Source: Vampirovibrio sp. (GTDB lineage: Bacteria > Cyanobacteriota > Vampirovibrionia > Vampirovibrionales > Vampirovibrionaceae). From it: a stretch of 64,000 nucleotides of DNA. The notes beneath the pieces were generated by a model. It ran no database searches. It was given only the letters and a program-made list of their open reading frames with translations, and had not been told where the DNA came from. The stretch is taken from assembly GCF_041737375.1 (NCBI RefSeq), contig NZ_JBGSRV010000012.1:94790-158789 (forward strand), written 5' to 3'. Numbering within the stretch: position 1 is the stretch's first letter; each line of letters starts with the position of its first letter. Made by a program: the position numbers and the translations under genes. Below are positions 56,246 through 64,000 of the stretch, piece after piece.

Positions 56246-57725
56246 GGCGACTGGGTTCCTTTGCTGAGAGCGATGCGGCTGGCCGAGGTTCGGTGAGGGT
56301 GGCCAGCGCCGCGACCATAAACCAGAATAAAAGATTGACCGAGGGGCGATACCAGATGGTATCAAAAATGCCGTACATAAAAGATCCCAAAATGCCGGTG
56401 AGCAGGCCCCCAATCAAAATCTTTTGCTGTAGGGTCAGGTGCGGGGCATCCAGAGCCAAAAAGGCCCGTAGCATCAGCACCAATAGCAGGGAAAGGAAAA
56501 TGACCAGTCCAATGACGCCTTGCTCCACCGCAATTTCCAGTGGCACGCTATAAGCGCCCAGTGCGTTGTAACCGGGCACCATGTACAGGCCGTAAACCAG
56601 CTTAAAAGTCCCGTTGCCGGGGCCAATGCCCACAATGGGATTGTCTCGCACCATTTGGCGGGCGCTATTGTACACGTTCAGCCGGTAAGAGATGCTGCTG
56701 TCCTCTCGCATGGCGAACATGGAAAGCACCCGGGTGCGAATTTTTTCGGAACGCATGACCCCGCCGCCCACGGTCAGCAGGCTCACCACCAGAATGATTA
56801 GCCAAGCGGGTTTCATCCATTTAAAGTTGCGAAGGCTTGGGTTGTACCAGATCAGGTGTCCTAAAAAGGCAAACAGGCAGATAAACATGGTGCCAATGGC
56901 CAAAAAGCCGCCCCGAGAGCCAGTTAGCACCAGTGCGATTAAAATGGCGGCGCTGGCTGCCAGGCCAATAGCGGAAAGCAGCCAGGTTTTGGGGCGGGCA
57001 AACATCAGCCCCAAACTGCAAGCGGCCGCAAAGCCGGGAATTAAAAAACCGGCCAGTAAATTGGGGTTAGAAGGTTGCAAGGTGCCGAAGATGCGGCTCA
57101 TTTGCAGTTCGGGGTTAATGCTTTGATCGCTCCAGGTGGCCAGTGGCTGGATGTGGTTGGCGTACTGATAAAAGCCAATCAGCGATTCTCCCAGCCCAAT
57201 AAGGGCCAGCAGGCCGAGCGCTGCGGTGATGGTACTGCTTCCGCTTTCGCTAACCACCCGAAACACGATATAACCGGCGATGAAGGTCAGCATTTTGGCC
57301 AGTCCAATCACGCTGGTGGGCAGAAAGGAGGAAAAAGCGGTGGATATAATCGCAGAGCCTAAAAACAAGCCCACCAGTACGTCTATGATGGTTAGCCTGC
57401 TTAATATGGCGGGCCGCAGCAACAGCGCTGCCGCTAGGACAATCCCAAACAGCAGTCCGGTTAATCCGCCAATTATGCCGGTAGAACTAAAGGAGAGCAG
57501 CACAAACAGCCCTAGAACGCCCAGAGTGAGCATCCAGCGAACCGTGGCGCCGAACCGCTGGAATTGCTTGTTACTATCCTTCGGTGAGGCCAACAGCACT
57601 CGACATGGGGCCATGAGCCGGGAGCGTTCAATCCACCCGGCAATTTGCAAGCCAGAGGTTTGGGCCAGCCGGGTCCAAGGACCCAGTAGCCAAGAGTGTT
57701 CCAGCGCCGCTTTCAATAAGGTCAT
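56235..57725 (-). CDS. O-antigen ligase (WaaL/Wzy_C) family membrane protein
   Basis: 496 aa with about 10-12 TM segments and a 'LTGSRGGFLAIG' motif. LPS gene neighbourhood. Confidence 0.65.
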   Translation of the reverse strand: MTLLKAALEHSWLLGPWTRLAQTSGLQIAGWIERSRLMAPCRVLLASPKDSNKQFQRFGATVRWMLTLGVLGLFVLLSFSSTGIIGGLTGLLFGIVLAAALLLRPAILSRLTIIDVLVGLFLGSAIISTAFSSFLPTSVIGLAKMLTFIAGYIVFRVVSESGSSTITAALGLLALIGLGESLIGFYQYANHIQPLATWSDQSINPELQMSRIFGTLQPSNPNLLAGFLIPGFAAACSLGLMFARPKTWLLSAIGLAASAAILIALVLTGSRGGFLAIGTMFICLFAFLGHLIWYNPSLRNFKWMKPAWLIILVVSLLTVGGGVMRSEKIRTRVLSMFAMREDSSISYRLNVYNSARQMVRDNPIVGIGPGNGTFKLVYGLYMVPGYNALGAYSVPLEIAVEQGVIGLVIFLSLLLVLMLRAFLALDAPHLTLQQKILIGGLLTGILGSFMYGIFDTIWYRPSVNLLFWFMVAALATLTEPRPAASLSAKEPSRHAA

Positions 57726-57728
57726 GGC

Positions 57729-58292
57729 TTATGGTGTTTGGGTTGAGGAGGACTGTGAGCCAGTTATGGCTGCCGGTTTATCACTGGCTTCCCGCACATC
57801 CACAATGGCCCCGGAAACCCTATAGTCGTGCCCTTCCACCTCAATGCCCAAGCCTACTTTTACTTTAATGCCGGTGGTTACAAAGCCGTCCTCACTAAAC
57901 AGGGCATGGTCCTTCAGGGTAATCAGATAGTCGTAGCCGTAGGGATCGGCGGGATCTGCCAGAGTTTTTAACACGCCACTGGGTAACATATAGGTGCTGC
58001 GCTTGGGGGTTTGTTTAACGTCTACAATTTCCACCTGTCCCCGTGGTTGGTTGCGAATGGTGATAGACAGTTTTTTTCCGGGTTGAAACAATTGGGGTTG
58101 CAGGGTTTTCAGGTTGCGGATGTACACGGTGTAGTGAATATCGCCTTCGCCCTTAATGACCTGGCCGGAGGTGCGGTACAGACCAGACTGGGTAACCAGA
58201 ACGCCCACCACCACCAATAGCCCCAGGGCGAGGCCGCCAAAATCGACAATATTGATTTTGCCGAACAGTTTACCGGATTGATCAATCAACAT
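57729..58292 (-). CDS. DUF4330-like single-pass membrane protein
   Basis: 187 aa with 'IDQSGKLFGKINIVDFGGLALGLLVVV' at the N-terminus followed by a beta-rich domain. The family name is assigned from memory only. Confidence 0.4.
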   Translation of the reverse strand: MLIDQSGKLFGKINIVDFGGLALGLLVVVGVLVTQSGLYRTSGQVIKGEGDIHYTVYIRNLKTLQPQLFQPGKKLSITIRNQPRGQVEIVDVKQTPKRSTYMLPSGVLKTLADPADPYGYDYLITLKDHALFSEDGFVTTGIKVKVGLGIEVEGHDYRVSGAIVDVREASDKPAAITGSQSSSTQTP

Positions 58293-58367
58293 GGGGGAAG
58301 GGTTCCTGTCTCTCTATCGCTGACTTGGGCCGGATTTAATAATTCCGGCTGGAAGTTTTAAATGGGG

Positions 58368-59435
58368 TTAAGCGCTCAGAATGCCGCTGCTAACCCGATT
58401 TAACAGGCTTTCATCCACACTGTCCAGTGCGGCCTGTAATTCTTGTGGGTTGGTGGTGGCCGCTCCAAAGCGTTTTACCACAATGCTGGCTGCCAAATTG
58501 CCCAAAATAGAAGCTTCCAGCAGGGAGGCACCGGCGGTTAGGGCCAGGGTCAAGGTGCCTACCACGGTATCGCCCGCTCCGGTCACATCAAACACTTCAC
58601 TGTGGTTAAACACCGGAATATCGGTGGCCTTGGGCTGGCTGGGGTTTCCCAGACTCTCAAAGAGGGTCATGCCCGATTCTCCACGGGTAATCAACACGCT
58701 GTCGGCGCTGGTTTTGGCTAATAAGTCTTTTCCGGCCTGTTGCACGTTTTCGGGGGTATGCAGGTCGTAACCCACATTTTTTTCGGCCTCGGGCTGGTTG
58801 GGGGTTAACACGGTGGCCCCCTGAAACGCGCTTAAATCCTGTTGGCTATCCACCGCCATAATCAGGCCATGTTTTTTAGCCAAGGCCTGACAGTGGGCGA
58901 TCACGGCAGGGGTAAAAACGCCCAGCCCATAATCGGATAACAACATGGCGTCAAAGTTCGGGGCCAGTCGGGTCAGGGTGTCCAGCATCCGGTTTTCAAT
59001 TTGGGCGGAAATGGGGGCGCTGGATTCGCGATCAATGCGCACAATCTGCTGGGTGACCGAATGGTTGGCGATGCCTGAAATACGGGTTTTGGTGCTGGTC
59101 GGGCGATCCTCGTCCTGAATCAGTCCGGCGGTATCAATGCCGTCTCGCTGCAAGGCGTCCATCAGCAGGGAACAGTAATAATCTTTGCCGGAAACGCCCA
59201 CAATGGTGGTTCGTTTGGCGTTCAGTTTGGAAACGTTATGTGCGGCGTTGGCCCCACCGCCCAAAATAATATCGGCCCGCTGATGGCGCAGGATTAAAAC
59301 CGGCGCTTCCCGAGAGAGCCGGTGGGTGGCCCCGTAAATCATCTCGTCAATCACCAAATCGCCGATTACCAGAATGCGTCCCTGGCTCAGCTTGGAAATG
59401 ATTTTGCTCAACATCTCTTTCATACGGTTTATCAT
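58368..59435 (-). CDS. rfaE1: D-glycero-beta-D-manno-heptose-7-phosphate kinase (RfaE/HldE domain I, PfkB family)
   Basis: 355 aa with 'ILVIGDLVIDE', 'GGGANAAHN' and 'DVTGAGDTV'. Confidence 0.75.
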   Translation of the reverse strand: MINRMKEMLSKIISKLSQGRILVIGDLVIDEMIYGATHRLSREAPVLILRHQRADIILGGGANAAHNVSKLNAKRTTIVGVSGKDYYCSLLMDALQRDGIDTAGLIQDEDRPTSTKTRISGIANHSVTQQIVRIDRESSAPISAQIENRMLDTLTRLAPNFDAMLLSDYGLGVFTPAVIAHCQALAKKHGLIMAVDSQQDLSAFQGATVLTPNQPEAEKNVGYDLHTPENVQQAGKDLLAKTSADSVLITRGESGMTLFESLGNPSQPKATDIPVFNHSEVFDVTGAGDTVVGTLTLALTAGASLLEASILGNLAASIVVKRFGAATTNPQELQAALDSVDESLLNRVSSGILSA

Positions 59436-59462
59436 ACCCGCAAGCGGCGCAAGGGTAAAGCC

Positions 59463-60074
59463 TCAGGGATTGCCTGAGCCGGTTGTGGCTTGGGCTTGCT
59501 CCATTTTCTTTAATCGGGCCTCCAGCGCCTCAATCTGTTTTTGAACCTCTGCACCGTTTTTCAGTCCGGGCAGGGCTTGCTGGTAGCTTTCAATAGCCAA
59601 TTGATAAGACTGCAAGGATTCGGCTTTGAGTTGTTCAGCGGTTTGCTGGGATTTGGCGGCATCAGGTGCCGTTTTTTCAGCTTCCTCACTGGCTTTGCCC
59701 GCCAACGTGTCTGCTTTGGCTTCGTAGGTGATGCCCAGTGTTTTTTGAATTTGGGCGGTGTCCAGCTGCTTTTGCTCAATCAGCTGTTTGAGCAGGGGAA
59801 TGGCTTTGTCGTAGCTGCCCTGGGTTTGGTAGGCAATGGCCAGATTATAGGTGGTGTTGGGTTCTTCCGGTTGTAAGTCGTGGGCCGCTTCCAGTCGGGA
59901 TACCGCCCCATCCACATCGCCCGAGGCCATCAGGGCTTGCGCCTTTTGGTTCAATTCCGCCATGGAACGCTGATAAACCATGTTTTGCTGACAACCTGAA
60001 AAGTGCAGTCCGGCAGCAAGGATTGCCGTGATGAATAGAATCGGTTTCGCCGCTTTAAATAAGGGCTTTGTCAT
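59463..60074 (-). CDS. TPR-repeat lipoprotein
   Basis: 203 aa with lipobox 'HFSGC' after a hydrophobic leader, and TPR-like 'YNLAIAYQTQGSYDKAI'. Confidence 0.7.
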   Translation of the reverse strand: MTKPLFKAAKPILFITAILAAGLHFSGCQQNMVYQRSMAELNQKAQALMASGDVDGAVSRLEAAHDLQPEEPNTTYNLAIAYQTQGSYDKAIPLLKQLIEQKQLDTAQIQKTLGITYEAKADTLAGKASEEAEKTAPDAAKSQQTAEQLKAESLQSYQLAIESYQQALPGLKNGAEVQKQIEALEARLKKMEQAQATTGSGNP

Positions 60075-60705
60075 GGCTGTCGGTTTTCCCTTCCTGACTC
60101 AAAACAGTTTCGATATATTGGCGAATGACTTGGGGGTACAGCTGGTGCTCCTGCATCAACACCTTGGCCGCCAGACTTTCCGGGGTTTCGTTTGCGGTAA
60201 TGGCCACCCGGCTTTGGCCCAGCACCGGGCCATCATCCACTACGGCAGTCACCAAATGCACACTGCACCCGGATTCTCGCTCTCCCTGAGCCAATACGGC
60301 CTGATGAACTTTTAAGCCCACCATTCCTTTTCCGCCATAGGCGGGCAACAGGCTGGGGTGAATGTTTAAAATGCGCCGCTCATACGCTGCCAGCAAGGGG
60401 GCGCTGATAATGCGATCGTATCCTGCCAGAATCACCAAATCGATGTGATGCTGCTGAAGAATGTCCACCAGTGCTGCATCAAAGGCCATGCGGTTTTCAA
60501 ATGCTTGCTTGTCCAGCGCGACGGTGGGAATACCTTTGTTGGTCGCCAGTTGAAGCCCCCCTGCCTGAGCGTGGTTTGAAATAACCACCCCCACTTGAGT
60601 GTTGGGGATTTCCCCCGCCTCAATGGCGGCCTGAATGGCGGCAAAGTTACTGCCGCGTCCCGACAGCAAAACACCCAATCGGTAGGGCGCAAGGCGGCTC
60701 ATCAT
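60055..60705 (-). CDS. purN: Phosphoribosylglycinamide formyltransferase
   Basis: 216 aa with 'GVLLSGRGSNF' and 'NIHPSLLPAYGG'. Confidence 0.9.
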   Translation of the reverse strand: MMSRLAPYRLGVLLSGRGSNFAAIQAAIEAGEIPNTQVGVVISNHAQAGGLQLATNKGIPTVALDKQAFENRMAFDAALVDILQQHHIDLVILAGYDRIISAPLLAAYERRILNIHPSLLPAYGGKGMVGLKVHQAVLAQGERESGCSVHLVTAVVDDGPVLGQSRVAITANETPESLAAKVLMQEHQLYPQVIRQYIETVLSQEGKTDSHDKALI

Positions 60706-61760
60706 CGTACGATGACTTCCGGTTGGCCTTGAGCGGGCGTTAACTGGCCGATGATAAAGGCTTTTTCATCGGTTTCCTGATGAAAACTGTCTAAAACGGC
60801 CTGGGCCTGATCGGCGGCCACCACCAGAATGTAGCCAATGCCGCAGTTGAAGGTGTGCCAAAGGGTTTCGTCGCTTAAAGCGCCCAGCGTTTGCAGATAA
60901 GCGAAAATGGGAGGCAAGGGCCAGCTGCTGGCGTCAATTTCGGCGGAAACAGCGGGGGTGAGCACCCGGGGAATGTTATCGTAAAATCCGCCGCCGGTAA
61001 CATGGACCATGGCCTGTACGGCCTGCGGGTGTTTTTCCAGAATTTTGAGGACCGGTTTAACATAAATGCGGGTGGGGGCCAGTAACACGTCCGCCAAAAC
61101 TGCGTTCAGCTCCGGGATAAAGGCGTTTAAGTCCTGCTGGTGATCGCTAAACAAAATTTTGCGAACCAGACTGTACCCGTTACTGTGCAAGCCGTTGCTG
61201 GCCAGTCCAATCAGCACATTGCCGGGGCCAATGTTGGCCTTGCGGGGGTATAAATTTTCTTTTTCGGCCACGCCCACGCAAAACCCGGCCAAGTCATATT
61301 CGCCGGGGGCGTAAAATCCGGGCATCTCGGCGGTTTCACCACCAATCAGGGCACAATCTGCTTGCTCGCAGCCTTGGGCAATGCCGCTTAATACCTGAGC
61401 CAGTTGCTCCCCCTCAATTTTCTGGGTGGCCAGATAATCCAGGAACACCAGCGGCTGACCGCCATTGACCAGAATGTCATTGACGCTCATGGCCACCAAA
61501 TCAATGCCCACCGTATCGTGGCGGTTGGCCTCAAAAGCCAGCTTTAGTTTGGTGCCTACCCCATCGCAGCCGCAAAGCAAAACGGGTTGTCGGTACCCGG
61601 CGGGAATTTCAAAAGCGCCGCTAAATCCACCAATACCACCCAGCAACCAAGGTTTTTGGGTTTGACGGGCCGCGTTTCGGGCAATGTCTACCACGGCCTC
61701 AGCGCTTTTCAGGTCTACTCCAGCCTGCCGGTAGGCCTCATCGGAAGAGAGCGTGGTCAT
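60702..61760 (-). CDS. purM: Phosphoribosylformylglycinamidine cyclo-ligase (AIR synthetase)
   Basis: 352 aa with 'GIGGFSGAF' and 'CDGVGTKLK'. Stop overlaps the purN start. Confidence 0.92.
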   Translation of the reverse strand: MTTLSSDEAYRQAGVDLKSAEAVVDIARNAARQTQKPWLLGGIGGFSGAFEIPAGYRQPVLLCGCDGVGTKLKLAFEANRHDTVGIDLVAMSVNDILVNGGQPLVFLDYLATQKIEGEQLAQVLSGIAQGCEQADCALIGGETAEMPGFYAPGEYDLAGFCVGVAEKENLYPRKANIGPGNVLIGLASNGLHSNGYSLVRKILFSDHQQDLNAFIPELNAVLADVLLAPTRIYVKPVLKILEKHPQAVQAMVHVTGGGFYDNIPRVLTPAVSAEIDASSWPLPPIFAYLQTLGALSDETLWHTFNCGIGYILVVAADQAQAVLDSFHQETDEKAFIIGQLTPAQGQPEVIVR

Positions 61761-61798
61761 GAATCACCTCGGTTGACTGCTGATAGAGCTAGGGTAGC

Positions 61799-62527
61799 TT
61801 AAACAGATAGGCCTGTCATGTGGTTCAAAAAGCTTTTCCACAGGGCTTTTTTAGGCTGTGAAGGGTAATGTCGTTTCAGGGCGTATTTGCACAGGTGGGC
61901 ATTGGTGTCTCGGGCCAAGTCCAGCGCGTTAAACCCGGCTTCGTTGGTGGCCGCCAAAATCTGTGGGTTGGCCCGGGATAGCAAATGGGCAAACGTCGTC
62001 AAGTTCCTGCCCTCTATGGCTTTCATCAAAGCGGTGGGTTGTTGCAGGGGGCGGTGATCCCTGGCGTTGAGATTAACCCCCTTTTTCTCGAGCATGGCCA
62101 AATCGTGGGGCTTGCCGTGTTTGCTCATCATAAACAAGGCATGCTCGCCCAGGGTATTGGCTTGAATATGGCTCTCTGACAGCAGTTGCACAGGTTCGTG
62201 AATGGTTTGGCTGGAGAGATCGGGAATCAGGGCGCGCATGGCGGCCATCAGGTAGGCTTTTTCCTCGGTACTCTGGTAAAAGTGCAGGTTTTCCAGGCAG
62301 GCCTGAAAAAAAATACGCTGCTGATAACTTTCAGCACTGGGGTAACGGGTATCGGCTACCAAACTGATGGTTCGCCCCTGAAACCGAATGGGTGGGAGGC
62401 TATCGTGTTTGGCAGGGCTTGAAATTCTGGGAAGCAAGCCTTTCGTTTTGAGTGTGCGGCCCAACGGCTCACCCGCATTGGGTAAGGGGGTTTTTAAATT
62501 GTGAAAAAACGTTGTTCGCTCAATCAT
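61799..62527 (-). CDS. Ankyrin-repeat-like protein with low-complexity N-terminus
   Basis: 242 aa with ANK-like units 'GVNLNARDH..TALMKAIEGRNLTTFAHLLSR' and 'NEAGFNALDLARDTN'. Confidence 0.5.
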   Translation of the reverse strand: MIERTTFFHNLKTPLPNAGEPLGRTLKTKGLLPRISSPAKHDSLPPIRFQGRTISLVADTRYPSAESYQQRIFFQACLENLHFYQSTEEKAYLMAAMRALIPDLSSQTIHEPVQLLSESHIQANTLGEHALFMMSKHGKPHDLAMLEKKGVNLNARDHRPLQQPTALMKAIEGRNLTTFAHLLSRANPQILAATNEAGFNALDLARDTNAHLCKYALKRHYPSQPKKALWKSFLNHMTGLSV

Positions 62528-62632
62528 GATTAAAATGCTTTTAAGTAATCATTGCCCATTTGCCTGGACAGAGTTGCTTTTTAATGAAAGAAAACTGACT
62601 GAAGAAAACGGTTTAACGCTCTGGAAAACCAG

Positions 62633-62950
62633 TTAATCGGGAACCCGAATGGTGGCATGCGTAATATTTAAACGCTCAAACTCGGCGGAAACAGGCTTTT
62701 TGGAGCGGTTTTTTCCGGCTTCGTGGGTATCGTTGCCCAGCGAGGCTGCTTGTGCGGACGGCATTAAAACCGCTTGCGCGCTTAAATCAGGCACTATTTT
62801 AGGCGAGCGAACCCATCCGCTAAACATCATCAAGCACAGCAAAACAACGGCCAATAAGGGCAGGCAAGCCACAGCCAGCCTGAAAATTAGACCACCCACA
62901 GATGCCATTTTTGTCTTTCTGAAGAGGTCGGGTAAAGTCATTGCCTGCAT
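62633..62950 (-). CDS. Small single-pass membrane protein (hypothetical)
   Basis: 105 aa with TM segment 'LAVACLPLLAVVLLCLMMF'. No other support. Confidence 0.35.
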   Translation of the reverse strand: MQAMTLPDLFRKTKMASVGGLIFRLAVACLPLLAVVLLCLMMFSGWVRSPKIVPDLSAQAVLMPSAQAASLGNDTHEAGKNRSKKPVSAEFERLNITHATIRVPD

Positions 62951-63041
62951 TCAGTTTCTTACGTTCCCGTTCTTACGCTTCCCGCACTCAAGTTTAACAT
63001 GGGCTGATTCATTAACCATTTTTGGAATTCCAGAGAAAAAA

Positions 63042-63118
63042 TGGGGCGGATGATGGGAATTGAACCCACGAATACCGGTACCACAAACCGGAGCCTTAAC
63101 CACTTGGCTACACCCGCC
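63042..63118 (-). tRNA. tRNA-His (anticodon GUG) with encoded G-1 and encoded CCA
   Basis: Hand fold of the reverse complement: G-1, acceptor GCGGGTG/CATCCGC, anticodon stem CCGGT/ACCGG with loop TTGTGGT, T-arm GTGGG-TTCAATT-CCCAT, discriminator C, then CCA. Confidence 0.9.
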
Positions 63119-63149
63119 ACGATTCAGTATCAAAGTCTTAAGTGTGGTT

Positions 63150-63178
63150 ATTGTAGCGAAGGCACGTTGCAATCTCAA
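63150..63178 (-). promoter_or_regulatory. Sigma70-type promoter for tRNA-His
   Basis: On the minus strand: TTGAGA (63178-63173), 17-nt spacer, TACAAT (63155-63150). Lies about 31 nt upstream of G-1. Confidence 0.5.
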
Positions 63179-63184
63179 GCTTCT

Positions 63185-63274
63185 TTTTTAAAAATGTTCA
63201 AGAAATCTTTCGAAAAGTGGTGCCAGCTATTTTTAAAAATGTTCAAGAAATCTTTCGAAAAGTGGTGCCAGCTA
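63185..63274. repeat. Perfect 45-bp tandem duplication (2 copies) in a divergent promoter region
   Basis: 63185-63229 and 63230-63274 are identical at 45/45 positions: TTTTTAAAAATGTTCAAGAAATCTTTCGAAAAGTGGTGCCAGCTA. Confidence 0.97.
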
Positions 63275-63283
63275 TGGTACTAT
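63275..63283 (+). promoter_or_regulatory. Extended -10-like element TGGTACTAT, 7 nt upstream of the ATG at 63291
   Basis: TGn+TACTAT abuts the second repeat copy. No Shine-Dalgarno sequence lies between it and the start codon. Confidence 0.35.
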
Positions 63284-63290
63284 CAAGCCC

Positions 63291-64000
63291 ATGACAAGCT
63301 CTCAGCACCTTCAAGCGGTTGTGCTTACCGGCAGCCGTAATGTCCATAATCCTCTGTTGGCTGGAACGGGCTTGCAGAGTAAGGTTTTACTGCCTGTTGG
63401 CGGAAAACCCATGGTGCTTTCCGTTTTAGAGGCCATTGCTGCCGCGCGTTTTTCGTCCAAAATTTGGGTAAGCACCCAGGATGAAGGGGTTGCTGCCCTC
63501 AGAGCGACGTTTCCCTTTGACCTTTTGCCCAATGATACCGGGGCGGTGCGCTCTCTGTTAAAGGCGCTGTATTCATTGCCGCCCGAAGGAGACTGGGTGC
63601 TGTTTGTGTCGGGCGATCATCCCCTGTTAACCCCGCAGATGCTGGAATATTTTGTGCAACAAGGCCTGCGGCGAGATGCCGCCTTGGCCGTGGCGGTGGT
63701 AGAGCGGGGTGTGGTTCGGGCCGCTTACCCTCAAAGCCAGCGCACCTACTTTCACTCTAAAGACGGCGCTTTTTCCGGCGGCAATCTGTTTTTAATCAAT
63801 CGCCGCAAGTTTCAGCCCAATGTGGCTTTTATGGAAACCATCGATCGGAACCGAAAAAAGCCCTGGAAAAACGCCTGGATGCTGAATCCTGTTTCTTTGC
63901 TGCAAATTCTGCTGCGGCAGCTAACCATGGCGGAAGTGGCGGTCAAAGCCTCCGGGTTGTTGGGATGTGCCACCGATGTGATTAGCATGCCCTTTGCGGA
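63291..64000 (+). CDS. MobA-like NTP-transferase (nucleotidyltransferase) family protein, 3'-truncated by the window edge
   Basis: Frame open from the ATG at 63291 to the window end, so it is absent from the ORF track. 'AVVLTGSR..LLPVGGKPM' is a Gly-rich NTP-binding N-terminus; 'FVSGDHPLL' is also present. Confidence 0.7.
   Translation, partial: MTSSQHLQAVVLTGSRNVHNPLLAGTGLQSKVLLPVGGKPMVLSVLEAIAAARFSSKIWVSTQDEGVAALRATFPFDLLPNDTGAVRSLLKALYSLPPEGDWVLFVSGDHPLLTPQMLEYFVQQGLRRDAALAVAVVERGVVRAAYPQSQRTYFHSKDGAFSGGNLFLINRRKFQPNVAFMETIDRNRKKPWKNAWMLNPVSLLQILLRQLTMAEVAVKASGLLGCATDVISMPFA

Noticed and set aside
63041-63340. 99-aa ORF in the six-frame track
   Set aside because: It reads across the antisense of tRNA-His and through both copies of the 45-bp duplication (hence the repeated 'FLKMFKKSFEKWCQL'). 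It is an artefact.

Overview
This is a 64-kb bacterial chromosomal segment, densely coding on both strands. The gene content is diderm-type, with LPS-core and O-antigen-ligase genes and type IV pilus PilM/N/O and PilT. I can support about 53 protein-coding genes, two tRNAs (Gln-UUG on +, His-GUG on -), several intrinsic terminators and a few promoters.

The backbone is housekeeping:
- cca and xth
- a dcw sub-cluster (murF-mraY-murD-ftsW-murG)
- nagB, rfbC, sugE, deoC
- gyrA, anmK, pilT, xerD-like, dnaX
- an orphan sensor kinase and a CHASE2-GGDEF cyclase
- a MoxR-DUF58-VWA (Bat-like) operon
- an LPS-core block (GT9, O-antigen ligase, heptose kinase)
- purN and purM

I saw no rRNA, CRISPR array, transposase/IS or prophage genes.

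The unusual content is a set of single-gene orphan inserts between these operons, with architectures typical of secreted or host-interaction proteins:
- A 1027-aa protein made of three in-register tandem arrays: 39 Q-x-G-T-E-K-Y heptads, about 30 x-Y-x-x-x-P hexads, and 3 x ~24-aa units.
- A 482-aa low-complexity protein with a hydrophobic segment followed by Lys-rich amphipathic repeats.
- Two ankyrin-like proteins, one with a polyproline tail.
- An EEP-fold enzyme and an alpha/beta hydrolase, each with a long N-terminal extension.

None of these has an obvious Sec, Tat or lipoprotein signal. Smaller signals are:
- an orphan terminator and hairpins in a 647-bp gene-free region (candidate sRNA)
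- a perfect 45-bp tandem duplication in the tRNA-His / nucleotidyltransferase divergent promoter region
- a perfect 21-bp in-frame duplication
- palindromes and direct repeats upstream of pilT

All functional calls rest on motifs read by eye. No database search was possible.
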